NCBI GenBank assembly: GCA_964544635.1
Contig: CAZJCK010000002.1
Coordinates: 29,388 to 93,387, forward strand
DNA: 64,000 nucleotides
Direction of reading: 5' to 3'
From: an uncultured Ignavibacteriales bacterium
GTDB taxonomy: Bacteria > Zixibacteria > MSB-5A5 > GN15 > FEB-12
Positions 63,393 through 64,000 of the stretch are shown piece after piece (position 1 is the first letter of the stretch; each line of letters opens with the position of its first letter). A program made the position numbers and the translations under genes. The notes under the pieces are model-generated. The model did not search any database, had not been told where the DNA came from, and saw only the letters and a program-made list of their open reading frames with translations.

Positions 63393-64000
63393 ATGCGTAA
63401 ACTCCTATTTTTAGTCGCCGCCTGTGCGTTCATGGTGAGCGGTTCAACTGTTTTTGCCCAGGATTGTGTCGAAGTCGACATTGAACTGCCGGCGACCGTT
63501 GTTGCCGAACCGGGCGCTTTTGCGGAAGGCTTTTTTGAAATCGTCAATTGTGGCGATGAAGCCGCCCTGGTCGACCTGGATGTCGAGTTCGACATCAATG
63601 GTAATTCCTTTTCCGTCGGTGGCATCAAGGTACCGCTGGGTGCCGGTGAAGTCGTTTCCCGCGACCTGCGCATCCCGGTTCCGCCGGTGGCCGCCGGTTT
63701 TACGGTTGGTATCTGCCTGACGGCGACGGTTGGCGACGCTTCCTCGTCGGATTGCGCCACCACATCGATTGAATCGTCGGGCGGTCCGGCTCCGACAGGT
63801 GACCGGGGCCTGACTATCGTCATGGCTGCCGCCGAAGAGTGTGGCGAAATCGATTTCGAACTGACCGACACCGTTTACACCACCCCGGGCGATTTCTTCG
63901 CCGAAGGGTATGCCGAACTGATCAATTGCGGCGACGAAGCTACGACTTACAACCTCAGTGTCGAAGTCTCCGTGCTACCGGGTGTCTCGCTGGGTAATGT
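63393..64000 (+). CDS. Secreted protein with tandem CARDB-like repeats (5' part; runs off the window)
   Basis: Not in the ORF track because there is no stop in the window. ATG at 63393 follows a GGAGGA SD. My translation is MRKLLFLVAACAFMVSGSTVFAQDCVEVDIELPATVVAEPGAFAEGFFEIVNCGDEAALVDLDVEF... A second unit follows: ECGEIDFELTDTVYTTPGDFFAEGYAELINCGDEATTYNLSVEV... Confidence 0.6.
   Translation, partial: MRKLLFLVAACAFMVSGSTVFAQDCVEVDIELPATVVAEPGAFAEGFFEIVNCGDEAALVDLDVEFDINGNSFSVGGIKVPLGAGEVVSRDLRIPVPPVAAGFTVGICLTATVGDASSSDCATTSIESSGGPAPTGDRGLTIVMAAAEECGEIDFELTDTVYTTPGDFFAEGYAELINCGDEATTYNLSVEVSVLPGVSLGN

Noticed and set aside
1-64000. CRISPR arrays, tRNA/rRNA/tmRNA genes, IS elements, integrases, prophage or classical defence-system genes
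   Set aside because: No spaced direct-repeat arrays were seen. No intergenic segment has cloverleaf-like structure or rRNA-like sequence. No ORF has transposase, recombinase, restriction, Cas or similar motifs. Intergenic regions are short and explained by promoters and terminators.

Overview
GC-rich chromosomal segment from a diderm bacterium (LptB, an outer-membrane beta-barrel and lipobox lipoproteins are present). I saw no rRNA, tRNA, CRISPR array, transposase or integrase. Gene content by region follows. (1) 1-11.4 kb, minus strand: part of a type VI secretion system (T6SS) locus. It holds tssB, tssC, a ClpV/TssH ATPase encoded as two translationally coupled ORFs, and a gene start that may be hcp. 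Upstream of these is a seven-gene cargo island: a PAAR spike protein with a long C-terminal extension, a small transthyretin-like protein, a 471-aa protein of unrecognised family, a DUF1795/Eag-like protein, a 302-aa repeat protein, a snapalysin-like zinc metalloprotease and a signal-peptide protein. This island is the most likely place for an undescribed system. (2) 11.4-15.3 kb: sugar nucleotidyltransferase, SDR epimerase, TPR lipoprotein. (3) 15.5-18.4 kb: lptB-rpoN-hpf. (4) 18.6-30.7 kb: housekeeping and envelope genes (DMT transporter, TonB-dependent-type receptor, gyrA, VanY-like M15 peptidase, flavin reductase, ferritin, PepF, hotdog thioesterase). (5) 30.7-39.7 kb: complete classical menaquinone operon menG-F-D-H-B-A-C-E. 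(6) 39.8-41.3 kb: aldo-keto reductase, DinB. (7) 41.4-52.7 kb: six-gene signalling/transport operon (multi-PAS hybrid kinase, 7TMR-DISM kinase, TLC-type transporter with HEAT repeats, cNMP-binding protein, REC-PP2C, REC). (8) 52.9-58.1 kb: HtrA, DCC protein, Zn-ADH, Cache-MCP. (9) 58.2-61.0 kb: a small ribbon-helix-helix plus Cys/His protein in front of znuABC-like genes. (10) 61-64 kb: redoxin lipoprotein, alpha/beta hydrolase, small membrane protein, and the 5' part of a secreted tandem-repeat protein. The ORF track uses TTG and GTG as M, and many ORFs carry spurious N-terminal extensions that overlap the upstream gene. I trimmed starts where an ATG with a Shine-Dalgarno (SD) sequence or a stop/start overlap supports it. 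All family assignments come from motifs read by eye, not from searches.
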